From NCBI GenBank assembly GCA_951406725.2, contig OX597819.1:94364001-94428000 (forward strand): a DNA stretch of 64,000 bases. Reading direction: 5' to 3'. Of the stretch, positions 39,649-53,104 are shown one piece after another. The stretch comes from Octopus vulgaris. Lineage: Eukaryota. The first letter of the stretch is position 1. Each line of letters begins with the position of its first letter. Position numbers and translations under genes: made by a program. Below the pieces are notes generated by a model that saw only the letters and a list, made by a program, of their open reading frames with translations, was not told the origin of the DNA and did not search any database.

Positions 39649-40742
39649 GAATATTGTTATAAATTAATGGAACAATATTCAATCAACATAACAGGAAACT
39701 TCTGTATGTAACTTGCTGGATAATATGAAAGAGTTTAAATTATTGGATATAATTAATATATTACTCATCGCTACAAGTTAAGGTTGGTGCCTTTTAACAA
39801 GTACAACATAAGCACATTACTTAAGTGAAAAAGGAGGAGAAACCAAATGTTATAGATTTCCTCAGCTGAAGTTTAATTTGCCAACTTTTATAGTTGTAAT
39901 CTGCCCACTCTAGAATCTTCAGCAAAATTGTTTGGCAGGAAAACTTGCACATTTCCTTTGAAGTTTCTCACATCAACCATAAGGCAGCCAACATTTATTG
40001 GTTGAGCCATATTCCATGTCAGCAAGAAAAGGTGAACAGATAAGGATGATGACAACTTTATATAAGACTGTAGGATGTGGTTTCAGGGATTCATTTGATA
40101 TTCCTAGCAAGTCAACACATTTAGACAATAGCTTTTATTTTATTTGTTTATTTAAAAAAAAGTCAGTACCCAAGAGCCCAATGGCTCTCTCAGATGGGAG
40201 ATGTTTGTTGTTATTTTCTAAAGATCAGCATTGGTTTAAGGTTGGCGGCAGTGTCTGTTGTTGTTGAGCTCCGCCAGGTCAACCCTGATAAAATAGACAT
40301 AAGCAAAGATATGGCAGAGAACCCAAGGCCATAATATCCAATGTGTATTTCTTATGAGGCAGTAGGGTTAGATTTGATGGAACTCATTTCTTGTTGCTTT
40401 AGTGACTGAGGGCTACCTCAATAGCTTGTTATAACAGTTGCTGTGCTGTTCAGTCAATGCCCAAGGATGTGTATATAGATATATATATAGCTTCTAAAGA
40501 CAACCATTCAATACCAATGGAAATTTACTGTAAATATTAACATAAAAATCTAGCCCCAAGCTAACCCTGTAACAAATTTTCCCTTCCACAGACTGTCATA
40601 TCTCAGAAATTCCCTTCCTACCTGTTCTTTCTTGCCGTTATTACCTTGCATCACTTTACTGAGGCTTAAAGGGCCTGTAACAGCCTTGGACAAAGCCCCT
40701 TTCTCTAGACCAAACCATGAAGAAGAAAAAATTATACTGTTA

Positions 40743-41637
40743 TATGATGGTGTTGACTCATTCTGATTTAGTATATGATATAAAAAAGTTTCTAGACTTG
40801 TTCTATAGCGTACCAACAGATGGCAGCATACAGTTGCATGCACAATGAGAGTTCACATTGACCTTCGTGAGGCAGTGTGCTGAGTGACATCACTAGGTTT
40901 ACTTCACAAATTGTGAAATTTGTGTTTTTGTGATCACATGTATTCTGTAGTCTGCGATTTTGTCATGGACAGGAACAAAGATCCAAAGTGAAATTTTGCA
41001 TTAAACTTGGGAAGTCTGCTACTGAGACATTGAACATGCTTCAGCAAGCTTACAACGATGAGGCAATGGGTCATACACAATGTTTCGAGTGGCACAAACA
41101 CTTCAAAAGCAGAAGACAATGAGAGATCTGCAAGACCTGCCATGAGTGTCACCCCTAGAAATGTGATATTGTGTATTAAAAATTCATCCCCAGGGCACCA
41201 GACTATCAATAGAGAATTCTGCTGCAATGTTTTGAAGCATTTGAGGGCGGTCATTTGGCAAAAGAGACCGGAGCTGTGGAGCATGAAGAATTGATTTCTT
41301 CGTGACAACAATGCACCCTGTCACTGAGCTTTCCTCACTCGTTAGGTTTTCACCAAAAACATGGTTTTGCTTCTGCACCTGCAGACTTCCATCTCTTCCC
41401 CAAGATGAAAATGCAGATCAAAGGTCACTGTTGTTGAGATCCAGAGTGAATTTCGGAAGGTCCTCAACTTGCTTACACAAAATGACTTCTACACTGGATT
41501 CCAAAAGTGGCAGGAATGCTGGGACTAATGTATTGCTGTGCAAGATGACTATTTTGAAAGAGATGATGTTAAAACTTAGATAAATCAGTTATTTTTTATT
41601 AAACATAACTAGTCCAAGAACATTTTCATACCACCTC

Positions 41638-41642
<5 letters not shown>
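40743..41642 (+). mobile_element. internally deleted mariner element
   Basis: Peptide relics FCIKLGKSATETLNMLQQAY.DEAMGHTQCFEWHKHFK, EDNERSARP, GHQTINREFCCNVLKHLR..IWQKRPELW, DNNAPCH and DFHLFPKMK. The right TIR aactagtccaagaac.ttttcataccacctcata is followed by TA. Confidence 0.85.
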
Positions 41643-41669
<27 letters not shown>

Positions 41670-41681
41670 TGATACCACCTC

Positions 41682-41721
<40 letters not shown>

Positions 41722-41726
<5 letters not shown>

Positions 41727-41955
41727 GAAATGAAGAAAATGCTGACAAAATGATTTAAGTAATTTAATTAGGTGAAAGTTCTTTTTACCGGTTGCGCATT
41801 TGTTATGCTTATCAAAAGTTTTTTCCTCTTATCTGATAAGAGGAAAAAACTTTTGATAAGCATAACAAATGCGCAACCGGTAAAAAGAACTTTCACCTAA
41901 TTAAATTACTTAAATTACTTAAATTATTTTGTCAGCATTTTCTTCATTTCCTTTT
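41722..41955. repeat. near-perfect palindrome (about 112-bp arms, 1-nt spacer) carrying hammerhead-like motif
   Basis: Centre is cttatc-t-gataag at 41834. There is one mismatch and a 9-bp duplication in the right arm. It sits between (TA)n tracts. Confidence 0.9.
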
Positions 41956-41991
41956 TTATATATCACAACTCGTGTTCCACATCTCCTTTTT

Positions 41992-42196
<205 letters not shown>

Positions 42197-42782
42197 GTAT
42201 GTACGTATGTATATGGAAAAAAAAAGTCAAGATAGAAAATGCTAAAATAATTTTATAAAACACATTTCATTGAGACTTTTTCGACTGTAACAATTAAACA
42301 ATTAAATTTAGAAAAATTAAAAGAAAAGTTTTTTTTTAAAAGGATATTTGTATAGTGTTCATATATGTGTGTTTGTGTACATATGTCTGTGTTTCTGTAT
42401 TACTCTTATGTTCTCTGGTTTGTAAACAATGGCTTCTTTCCAGTGCCATTGACTTGTAGTGCACCATGAAAAGATATCCAGGTTTCTCAACATGTTGTGT
42501 AATCTTTGTAAACAAAATCCTCCTCACACAGTGTCATTTGTTTTGCGTTGCCCATATTAAACATGTCCAGACTGTTAGTTGTTTGAAAGACTAATAGTTT
42601 ATCACCTCACTTGGAAACTAGTGGAGGTTGGTGACAGAAAGGCATCCAGCCATAGAAAAGCTCTACCTCCACATGCTCTCATTTGACCCATGCAAATATA
42701 AAAAAGTAGATGTTAAAACAAGGATATGTATCATCATCATTATCGTTATCATTTAATGTCTGGCATGGGCTGGATGCATATG

Positions 42783-42843
<61 letters not shown>

Positions 42844-43288
42844 CTTCTATGTTTCCCTCACATGTACGTATGTGTCTGTATTAGGTATATATGAGTAAAA
42901 TCAACTTCAAGCATTACAGAATTATATCCTGCAATATAAATGTTATATTGCAACTTTAAGCAAATGCATCATCAGCCTAGCTTTAAAATATGAGCTATTG
43001 CTTCTCAGCAATTGAATGGGTGATATTAGAAAGGGCATCTATCTATTAAATACAAATTTGATGAACCACCCAACACAGGCTAAAATGAATTTTAAAAGAT
43101 CTACAATCTTAAATATATTGATGATACTTTCACAGGAAACTTTGATATCAAAGAATATATTCTATGATGATGATGATGATGACTTACATATTCAATTTTA
43201 ATATGTTCCAGCAGACTCAAACATGATTATGCTAATCAATGATGTGTTTGATCATGGAAGAACACCTCCCATCATTCATAGTTCACTT

Positions 43289-43376
43289 GATTCATTAGCA
43301 TAGGGAGACTTTGAGATACCCAGTGTTTTGACATTGTTGTGTCTCATCAGTTACAGGTATCCCATACTAATGAATC
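43289..43376 (-). mobile_element. short hairpin element with decayed hammerhead core
   Basis: Inverted ends gattcattagcataggga and tcccatactaatgaatc. The minus strand reads CUGAUGA-GACA(caacaa)UGUC-AAAAC. Confidence 0.55.
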
Positions 43377-44376
43377 GCATACACACAATATTCTTAGAAA
43401 AAAAACTGTGTTAATTCATCATCATAATGAAACTAGCATCATTCTCTGAAAATTTATACATATACATTATACATATAATTAACAGAATATCAAGTTCATT
43501 TTTTTCTCTTCTTTTAAAAATCCAATTAAGAAAGTGTGTATAACATAAAGCATAACCAAGATAAAGAAGCTAATAACATATTCTTGTGTGAATGGGTCTG
43601 ATTTGGTGATGATTTTGACTGTATTTGTATTTAGTTTCAGCGCAAAACTCAATATTGGTTTTAAAAAGATCAAAAATCTAGTGATGTCCATTCTGCTATA
43701 AGGAGAGAAAACTCTAAAATTTTGCAAGCAAACTGAGCTTGCTTTTTTTTCATTACTTTTTTTTTTTTTTCATTGAACTAATTTTCACTGGTGCAGACTG
43801 TCCATCACTAGTCTCCTTGAATTCTAGTGTTTGATTATGTTGACTATGTTTTAGTTTACCTTGATGCTAATCACTATTGCTTTATCACCTCCATAGTCTC
43901 TGCTTATATTGTCTTTCATGTCGTTTTGTCTTTCACAGTAGAACACTGTCCATCAACAAACCAAAACTTCACTCTTGCACAAATTTCCCATTAAATATCA
44001 TAAAAAAAACATGAACTTAAGTTTTTCTTTTTCTTTTATCTTTTACTTGTTTCAGTCATTGGACTGCAGCCATGCTGGGGCACCTACTATTAAAAAAAAA
44101 AAACAAATAAATTTGCTTTTTTAAGGGGTGATTAGAATATTCATTTTTATTTCAAATATATTTAATTTCATTTTAAAATAAACTAGATCTGAAACTATCC
44201 AGTAATGATATTTACATATAATTAAATATTGTTATAATAATATTTTTGTTTATGAATATTCTGATAATATTCATGTTTGCAAATAGGATTTTTTTTTAAT
44301 CTTTTCTATTTTGAATACAGGTATAAATGTGTGTGTAGAGTAGATGCACACTTATGTAAATATGTGTATGTATATA

Positions 44377-44424
<48 letters not shown>

Positions 44425-44773
44425 CATGTTTATATATACACACATATATAGATATGTGTATATTTATAAATGTGTGTGTATATATATAGATAGATATATA
44501 TATAATTGATAAACATGTATACACATGCATAAATGCACATGCTTGCATACATATTTAGGCTCAGTTTGATCTTATATAATACAAAATTGTTTAATCTCTT
44601 GGTAAAAAATAACTGTACTTTTCACTATTTCATCAATTTCTCTTTTAATTGTATTTGCTTTACTGCTTGTCTTAAAATCTATATTCATTGTATATTCACA
44701 ATCACAAAATAAATTAAGAAACACTTTTCTCTCAACAGATGTGTATATGTTTGTTTGTGTGTGCATGTGTGTC

Positions 44774-44810
<37 letters not shown>

Positions 44811-47067
44811 ATCTTGACATCACATAATTTTTATAAATGAGTATCATTCATTTCCTATATTCTGTAAAAGATGTCTGACCATGGGAAAATATTACCTTGC
44901 TTCGAAACCGGAAAGGATTGGCAACAGGGAGGGCATCCAGCCATAGAAAATCTACCTCAGTAAACTCTGTCCAACCAATATAAGCATGGAAAAGTGAATG
45001 TTAAAATGATACTATATATACATCTATGTGTGTGTGTGTGTGTGTGTGTGCATGTTTCCATGAAGTTTCTGTCTACTAATTCTACTGAAAAAGCTTTGGT
45101 TGAAATGAAGTAATATTAAGACACTTGAGTAAAATGCCATTCAGTGAAATAGAACTTGAACTGATGTGCTGACAAAGCAAGATCTATATCTACACAACCA
45201 TGCTTACACCTGTGTGTGTGTGTGTGTATTTAAAAACTGATGTTATGAGATGATGTTTCACATGCTGAATTATGAATAGCCATAATGTACATGTAATAAT
45301 AAAATCTTCATGGGATTTACAAATAATCTTATTAATGATATCATACACAACAACCTCTTTGTTGGTATGTACCGTCCTGTGTAGCTACTTGTTCATTTTC
45401 AAAATCCTTTAATGATAGCTACATTTTATTCACATTTACTACATATTATATGCTTTCAAATACTGAAGTTATCATCCCTGAATAAATTTGGATTTCTTCA
45501 CAAAAATCCCTTTGTCTCAAAATCCATGCAGTTTACTTAAATCAAGCATTAACAGCCACAATCTTTAACTGCCTCAGATATGAATGTAGATTATTTCCAT
45601 TCATGTACATTTTATATCAGTGTATATTTCTGATTTTATTTCTCATCTACAAAGACATTAATTTCTTAATGAGCAAGCACATTTATGCATGCATAAATAA
45701 TGAAAGAGAATGTAAATTATAAAGAGCTAAAAGGAAAAGAGATTTGAATTTCATAAATAATTTCTGAATATTTTTACATTTTTATTATAAATATGTGTAT
45801 ATAATACAAATTTCACTTGACTGTCCTTAAGATATTCTTTCTGAATTTTCAGTATCCCTGCAGTCTTGAAGCTATTTGCTTATATTTCTATTCTGGGGAT
45901 GAGATTGGTCTCATTTAATTCACTTTTCACTGGAAACATTAATTATCTCTAGATTTCCAGAAACGCAAAATTATTTTGATTTTAGCTAAAATTCTTATAT
46001 TCTTCTGTAAGCATTGAAAATCTTTAAATGTTATCTTTCTGTTTTGCTTTTGTACATAGTCTGATCTTTATGTTCTAGTTGCTGTTTTACAGTGGCCTAA
46101 AACCCATGGTCAGACACTATTTTATGGTAACACATTAAACTGAGATTAATGCCTCTTTTTTTTTGTTAACTTTTTCTCTAACTTTGATGTAAACATTTTG
46201 CTACCTGAAACAGAATTTCAGAAATACAGCTTAAAAGATTTCATCTAGATGTCACTCATTTAAGTTAGGCACTTAATATGAACATTTTGTTTTTCTCTAT
46301 ATTGATTGTAATCTGTTGGGTACCATTAAATAAGCTTGTGAAGAACCAAGTCCACTTCCCATTTTTCGATTTTTGGTTGAATCCCTTGCATTTCATTTAT
46401 GTAGTTAAAACCTCTGGGAAAGATATAAATGTTATGATATCAAATTTCCTATCATATAAATTCATTGCTTTCTGTATAGCTAGACAAAACCAACACTAGA
46501 TCACAAGTTTTTTTTTAACTTTCAGCCTCAATACTAACATGGATGAAATTAAGAATATTAACTCTGGCTTCTTTACAGTTTATCTGAACAGCTGAACCAT
46601 CTCAATGCCATAATTATATAGGAAACATTGCAAGAGTTACTACTGAATCATCATAAAGATGTGAACATTTATACATAGAAATTTACACCTGGTATCAGAC
46701 TTTAGATGCTAAGGGTAGCTGGACAAATTAGAACAAAGCTATGAAAACATTTGGTGACACCTATTGATAAATATATTTCAATGGGAAATGATGCAGCTGA
46801 TATATAGGCACAAATGTATTTTCTTTTTATTCTACGTAATTACTGAATCCCATAAGAAACCATCTAAGAATATTGAATGAAATATTGCACTAGCCCATAG
46901 GATGCAAACTTTGACAAAACTATCAATGCTAATAATTTATGACATTTATTTTGTTACTGAATTACCTTGAATGAAAATAATACATTTATGTTTGTTTATT
47001 GTTGTTTCTAAGTTAATTTTTTTAAAGGATAACAAATAATTTTCTCTTCTTTAATAATTCTCCTTAG

Positions 47068-47190
47068 GAGTCTCACAAGCATATGGATGAGGATGCTGAT
47101 TTTGAAGCTGAACTTGAGGCTCTCAGCAAAGCACAGGAACAAGCAGCTCTTAACAATTTAAAAAATCCTAAACCAATACAAGAAATTGAG
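47068..47190 (+). CDS. Cav3: T-type calcium channel alpha1 (Cav3-like), proximal C-terminal exon ESHKHMDEDADFEAELEAL...
   Basis: Acceptor ttctccttag and donor GAG|gtataa. 123 nt, phase 0-0. The peptide resembles the sequence following IVS6 in Cav3 channels ([23 protein letters not shown] in vertebrates, recalled from memory). Confidence 0.72.
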
Positions 47191-47864
47191 GTATAATATC
47201 ATATAATATCTTGTTTCAATGTATAAATGTCACCAACCTTAAATATCTCCTCTATCCCAACAGAATGGTACATGATAGTGAGGAATTAGATAATTTAATT
47301 CAATACATACATTGTTTTATATAACATTTGCTAAGACACATGTATGAAGAGTATAACAGTGATAAACATTTCCACCATCACCCCAAATCAAAACACATAA
47401 GATAATATGATACTCTTGTTTTTGAATGTTGAATGAAATGTCTTTCATTTTAAGTCATTGAAGACTGACTGATATTAAACAGCAACAGCAATGCAATTAA
47501 CAAGAATATGACCATCACAACAACAGTATCCACCAACTTTTGAATAAACAACTGGTAACAAAATTAATAGTATTAATGTCTGTAGCTTTATATGTTGTTT
47601 GTCAACAACATGGTGTGTGTGTGAAATGTGGAGGTTTTATGGCTTAAGTCAGAGGTGGAAGGGTGAAGTGCCCTTGAACCTGGTAACCCTTCAGCTAAAT
47701 GATATCATACAATACTTCCAGCCACCTCACTCCATCTTTTCATCATCTCATTTCCATTATATTCAGAAGAATAGGACAACAGTTTCTTTGCCCTCACAAA
47801 GCAGTTCTTGTGCTATTTTTTAAAATACATATTTGTTGTTGATAATTCTTGATCACTGCCACAG

Positions 47865-47897
47865 GAAAAATTCTGGAAAGAAGCCATCAAGTGGAAC
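47865..47897 (+). CDS. candidate 33-nt cassette exon EKFWKEAIKWN
   Basis: Acceptor cactgccacag and consensus donor AAC|gtaagt. Phase 0-0 and frame-preserving. Confidence 0.5.
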
Positions 47898-48104
47898 GTA
47901 AGTTAGGCATGCAAAAAGGAACTGTAAAAAGATTACACTGGATATTAAACTTGATTTTTTTTTAAAAGCTTGATACAAAAGGAAAAGTTAGACACTTGCA
48001 ATGAGTACAGAGGAAACAATATGTAACCATAGGTAGAAAATTATTATAAGTGCTCAAGAAGTTACTGTTAACTGCTTGAACCTTATTTTGTCTTAGATCT
48101 AATA

Positions 48105-48510
48105 TAATGTGATACTTAAAATGAGACAGCTTTGGGGTGGATGGATTGAGAATCAAACTCAAGGCATTGTGCTAATAAGTATGATAGTAATTAAGAAAAA
48201 GCCAAAAGTTTGTATGATGAATTGCAAAAAAAGGAAGGTGAAACTTCTAATGATAAACATTTTCAGGCTAGCAAATGCTGGCTGTAAAGGTTTTAAGAAA
48301 ATAAATACGACTGGCAAAGTTGCCATTGTTGATATAGAGGTTGCTACTAATATACTAAACAACTAAAATAATTCTTGATGTTGATGAAACTACACTTTTG
48401 TAGAAGCTCATGCCTGCTAGAACTTTATTTCTTCAGAAGAAAAACCAATGCTAGGATTTAAAGTTTTCAAAAATCATCTGACTCTTCTGGGAGGAAATGT
48501 CACTGCATTC
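48105..48510 (+). pseudogene. Tigger/pogo transposase relic
   Basis: WIENQTQ..VLIS..VIKKK / AKSLYDEL / FQASK.W (CENP-B HTH-like) and ILDVDETTL..KLMPART..SSEEKPMLGFKVFKNHLTLLGGNVT (DDE_1-like), with frameshifts. Confidence 0.75.
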
Positions 48511-48913
48511 AAGCATGGCTATCATAGACACAGATACGGCTTTGTGACCTCATGGTTTCTGATTCAATCTCACAATATGGTACCTTGGACAATTGTCTTC
48601 TACTATAGACATAAGTTGTCCAATGCCTTGTGTGAAGAATTTGGCAGGCAGAAACTATATAGAAGTTGTATGTGTATCTGTACACAGTCTGTCCCAGAAA
48701 GATAAAAATTAACCACTCAATAAATATAGATTAATAAACTAAATATCAGACTGAAACAAGTATTGGGCTACATATCACTGACCAAAACATTTTAAAGCAG
48801 TGCTTGTGTATAACCAGAGTCCAATGACTAAAAACATACAGTAACTGAGCATTGATACCAAACATTCTCTTCCAGTTTTCTTTAGTTTTTCACACTGTTT
48901 TTCTTCCATGCAG

Positions 48914-49151
48914 GAAAAACCATCGATAGTAATGACAACAGTCGCCGACACGATGCCTTCTGTCAACACAGGGGACACACTTGAAGTGACTTGCATAGAA
49001 GAAAATGAAAATGAATTGAAAGTGAGAAATGCTGTAACCAAGCAAATTTCACTGCCTCCAAATTTTACCTTTAATGTAAGACCCCCAAGTGGTGAGCCAC
49101 AACTGCTCGATGATAATGATGATGCTACACCAGGAACAAGTACTGGAATAG
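48914..49151 (+). CDS. Cav3: Cav3-like C-terminal exon EKPSIVMTT...KQISLPPNFTF...TSTGI
   Basis: Acceptor ttcttccatgcag and donor AG|gtaatt. 238 nt, phase 0-1, joining in frame to 53105. The SLP motif is reminiscent of the Cav3 SLPN motif. Confidence 0.75.
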
Positions 49152-51229
49152 GTAATTTTTCATTGATTTCTTTCATTTTTGTTTGTTTCTTTATTTATGA
49201 ATTTTTTTTGTTTTTGTTCTATCTTAAATAGTCCCCTTCTATTTAGTTGGGACAGGGTACTTTTTCTTGTTCTTTTCCCATTTTGCAATTTCTTGGTAAC
49301 CTCACAATATATATATAGTCATGTGTGTGTGTGTGTGTGTGTGTGCACTGGTGCCAGTGTCATATAAAAAGCACTCAGTAGACTCTGTAAAGTGGCTGGT
49401 GTTTGGAAGGGTGTCAAGCTGCAAAAACCATGCCAAAGCTGACACTGAAGCTTGACACAGCCATGTGGCTTGCCAGATTCTGTCAAACCATTCATTCAAT
49501 GCCAGCACAAAAAACTGACATTAAATGATGATGATGATATTTTGAATGAAGGAAAGAGTACTTAACCACTTACCTATCTGGAAACCTATAAATTCACTGG
49601 TCATTTTGCTCAAATTTGTTTTTGTTGTTTTCTTGTTTGTATTTTTCCCAAAACAAAATCTGGCTTATTATATTTTATTTTAAATCTAAATGTTTTCCAG
49701 TTTTTCCAGCGTGGAGGTTGACAAGCTAATATTCTGGACTAGATACATACAGCTGCACATATATATATGTATATGTAAACCAATGCAACCTGTTGCATGA
49801 TCAGATTATTGGCAACTTAGCAATCACTCTCACCAGACTAGCCTGGTGAGGAATGTTACTAGAAATCCAACAGGACAAAATAAATGAGATGGATGACTGC
49901 AGGGTCAGTGACAATTGAGTAATATCAGAAATTCTGGGTTGGTATCCAGCACACTGTAAGACCAATGGGACGGAGGCATCCCTTAGATCTCATTAAGCCA
50001 GTCTTTAGGAGAATATAAATTCTGCGAAGTACTGTTTGGAGAAATTATGGCATACTAAGCACCATTTTTCTGCTATCAGATTTTCTAAAAAAGTATGGTT
50101 GGTTGTATTACTCTAACCCATTTATGCATAGAAAAACAGGTATGAAATAAACTAGTTGTTGAATATCACTTATTTGTATCTGTAAAACATGAAGTAATTG
50201 TCAGTGATAATGTAACTGAAAGCTGGTATAAATCTGATATTAATTTGTTAAGGATAAGGCTACAGCCAGATGCCCTTGTTGCCAACCCTCACTTGTTCCC
50301 AAGCAAAATAACAATTTTCCATTACTGGACATATTTTCAAATTCAGAAACTATTGGCATTGCTTTTATGACAGTGACACTCATTTGCAACTATTGTACAA
50401 TGTCAAGGCATGGAAAAAGTATACCATTCAATAAATTGAATGTAAAAAGATTGATAAGCAGCCTCATAATCAATATCTATATGCTACCACATGACACAAA
50501 CAGTTTCATAAACAGTTCACAAACACATCATTTTAGGCTCAGTCCCACTGTATGGTACTTTGGAAAAATATCTCCTACTACAGCTTCAGCTAATGTCCTG
50601 TGAATGAAATTTAGTTAATGACAATTGGATTGAAGCCCAATGTTTGTCTGTGTGTCTACTTGCATATGTATGTGTGTTAGTGTCTCTTTGAGTCTTTGCA
50701 TTGACACTACTTTCTGGTTTCATTTTTTCCTGTCCATCATAAACGATTTATCCCACACCTTAGCAGTTTGACGTGAAAAACCAGTGAAATAAAATACCTT
50801 ACTAGAAAACAAGTAAGAGTTAGCATTGGGTAGGGCATCCAGCCCTATAATACTGCTTCAGAAAGTCTCATGCAACTCAAACCAGCACTGAAAAACAATG
50901 ATGATAGTAACAAATTAATCACCTATTTTTTTCTACCACCTTCAGAATTTCCTACTAAACTGTTTTGCTCCTCTACTCTTTATATGTAGCAATTCAATCA
51001 AACTACCAATTCAAATTGAATGTTAACTACATTAATTTTAGCCCATCAGAAAGACCTAAAATAGCTTAGAAGAGCCTCTTTTGTATTTATATATGTGTGC
51101 CTGTATATGTATAGTAAGAAGTTTGCTTCTCAGTTATATGGTTCTGGGATCAGTCCCATTGTATAACTCCTTGGGCAGGTGTTGTCTATATGTGGAGTTT
51201 GTGTGATGTATATATTCATTGTTGACATT

Positions 51230-52235
51230 CAGGGAAAGAAATTATCCCGGTGCGATTGGTGGTGCGCAAGCTGGTTCCTCTTTGAAGTGTTTGAGTGTGA
51301 AATATTGCCTGTGTATGCAGGGAGAGGTTTCATCCCTAATATTTAATATGTTACCTGTTGACTATGATATTTAACTTTTCAGTGATACAGAGCTCACACT
51401 TGATACCCTGTCCTCTGTATATTATCTGGGGGTTGCTTACTTTCAATATCCATATCATATTGGATAGGGGTGTGGCATGTCTTTTATTTTCATCCCTGAA
51501 TGACATCAGGTGTTGTGTGTATCTTTTTTTGAATGAGTTGCCCATCGTTCCAAATCATGCCTTTTGTTACTCTGTTGGGATCCGTGATTTTTTCAGACAG
51601 TTATTATTTAGAGGACAGTGGTTTAGAGATCTACAGTTGCAGTGTCTTTTGTGGGTATTTCTGGTGTGTTTATTTTTATTGTGGTTGAGTTTTATTGACC
51701 TTGTATTGGGGAGCCAAGTATAGCTAACTTTACCAGCATTTCTGTTGAAGGTCTTATGGTATTTGTGTGAATGTGGGAAGTGATTGTCCATTAATTTTAA
51801 GAATTTCCTAGCTATTTTAGTGACTACATTCATGCTATGAGTCAAACCATAAGATTTTCCTCTTTCTACATCTTCTTGATGTATCTGTATTTGGTTCAAT
51901 GTAGTTTATACTGTTCTTGAAGCTGGACCTTTCTAATGCAGCATTATAGTATGGGGCAACCTTTTCAAAAATGTCTTTATCAGCAGACAGATTGGAGACA
52001 TGCCTACTAATGTTATTAACTAATTGTTTAATGACTGCTAGTGGGTGGTTGGAGCCTATGTCTATGTACGAGGCTTCCTCATTTGGTTTGAAGTAGGGTT
52101 TAAATTTTCCTGTGCTAAGGTTCACGGTAATATCTAGGAAGTTGACTTCTTTAAGGTTAGTACTAATTGTGGTTCTTAGACCCAATTGGTTAAATATTTA
52201 GCATATTTTTTTTCTTATCCAATCTATATCATGTT
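51230..52235 (-). pseudogene. Penelope-like element fragment (RT thumb, CxC linker, GIY-YIG), possibly Hydra-clade
   Basis: VNFLDITVNL, SNHP, RKRKILWF, HFP..H.YHK.FNRN..KVSY, CNCR...CPL...CL, FKKRY.QH..SF, TPLS..IW.LK, CELCITEK, with frameshifts and deletions. Confidence 0.85.
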
Positions 52236-53104
52236 TGTTATACATACATACATGCATGCATACATACATACATACTTACCTTCATATAATACACACACAC
52301 ACCTGCACACATATCAAGCTACATAAAAATTATCACAATCAAATAGCTCTGTTTTGTAATCAATATAGCTTTTTAACTCTCAATGATAATTTAGGTTTTA
52401 ATATCATCCTTCATAGAAACAATAGCTTAAGGAATGCTTAGATATCAAGTGTCTATTTTATTTGTATCAGTCATATTGATCTTTATATAAACCATATGTT
52501 TAAGCTTTATTATTTTCTCTATTATAATTTACAGTCCGTCATTATCTCAAAATATATTATTCTATACCCATATGTACTTGACACAAAAACTACTTCTATT
52601 TGCTGTTTGAAGATTTTGGTAGCATTAAGTGAACTGTGCTTCGTTGAGTAGGTCCAATAAGACTAAAACATGTCTGTAGGTATTACCATGGCTGCCAAAG
52701 ATCAAACTCATTCTTGCTTGGTATATTACCATTTAATTTGATTGAAATTTCAGGGGCGCTTTCTCTTACCCTTTCTGTTAATAAATTTCATTAAAATTTC
52801 TTTTATCTTATTTGAATGGAAAAGAGCAACTGTATTATCTTCTTGAATTAGTTAAAAGTTACTTTTGACTTACCACCTCAAGTATAATAGCTTGCACTTA
52901 AATCTTTTCACTTCAGTGTAGATTAATAGTATTACGAGAATTATCTTGTCTTATATATCTCAACAATTCTAAAATAGTTTCAGAAATGAGTTTGAAGGTA
53001 TAATTCAATTCTCTTTTATGTATTAATATGTTAATGATTGAAAAACAGTAATATTGCCAAAAATTTTGCCATTCATATTAATTAACTAATTGTTTTAATT
53101 GCAG

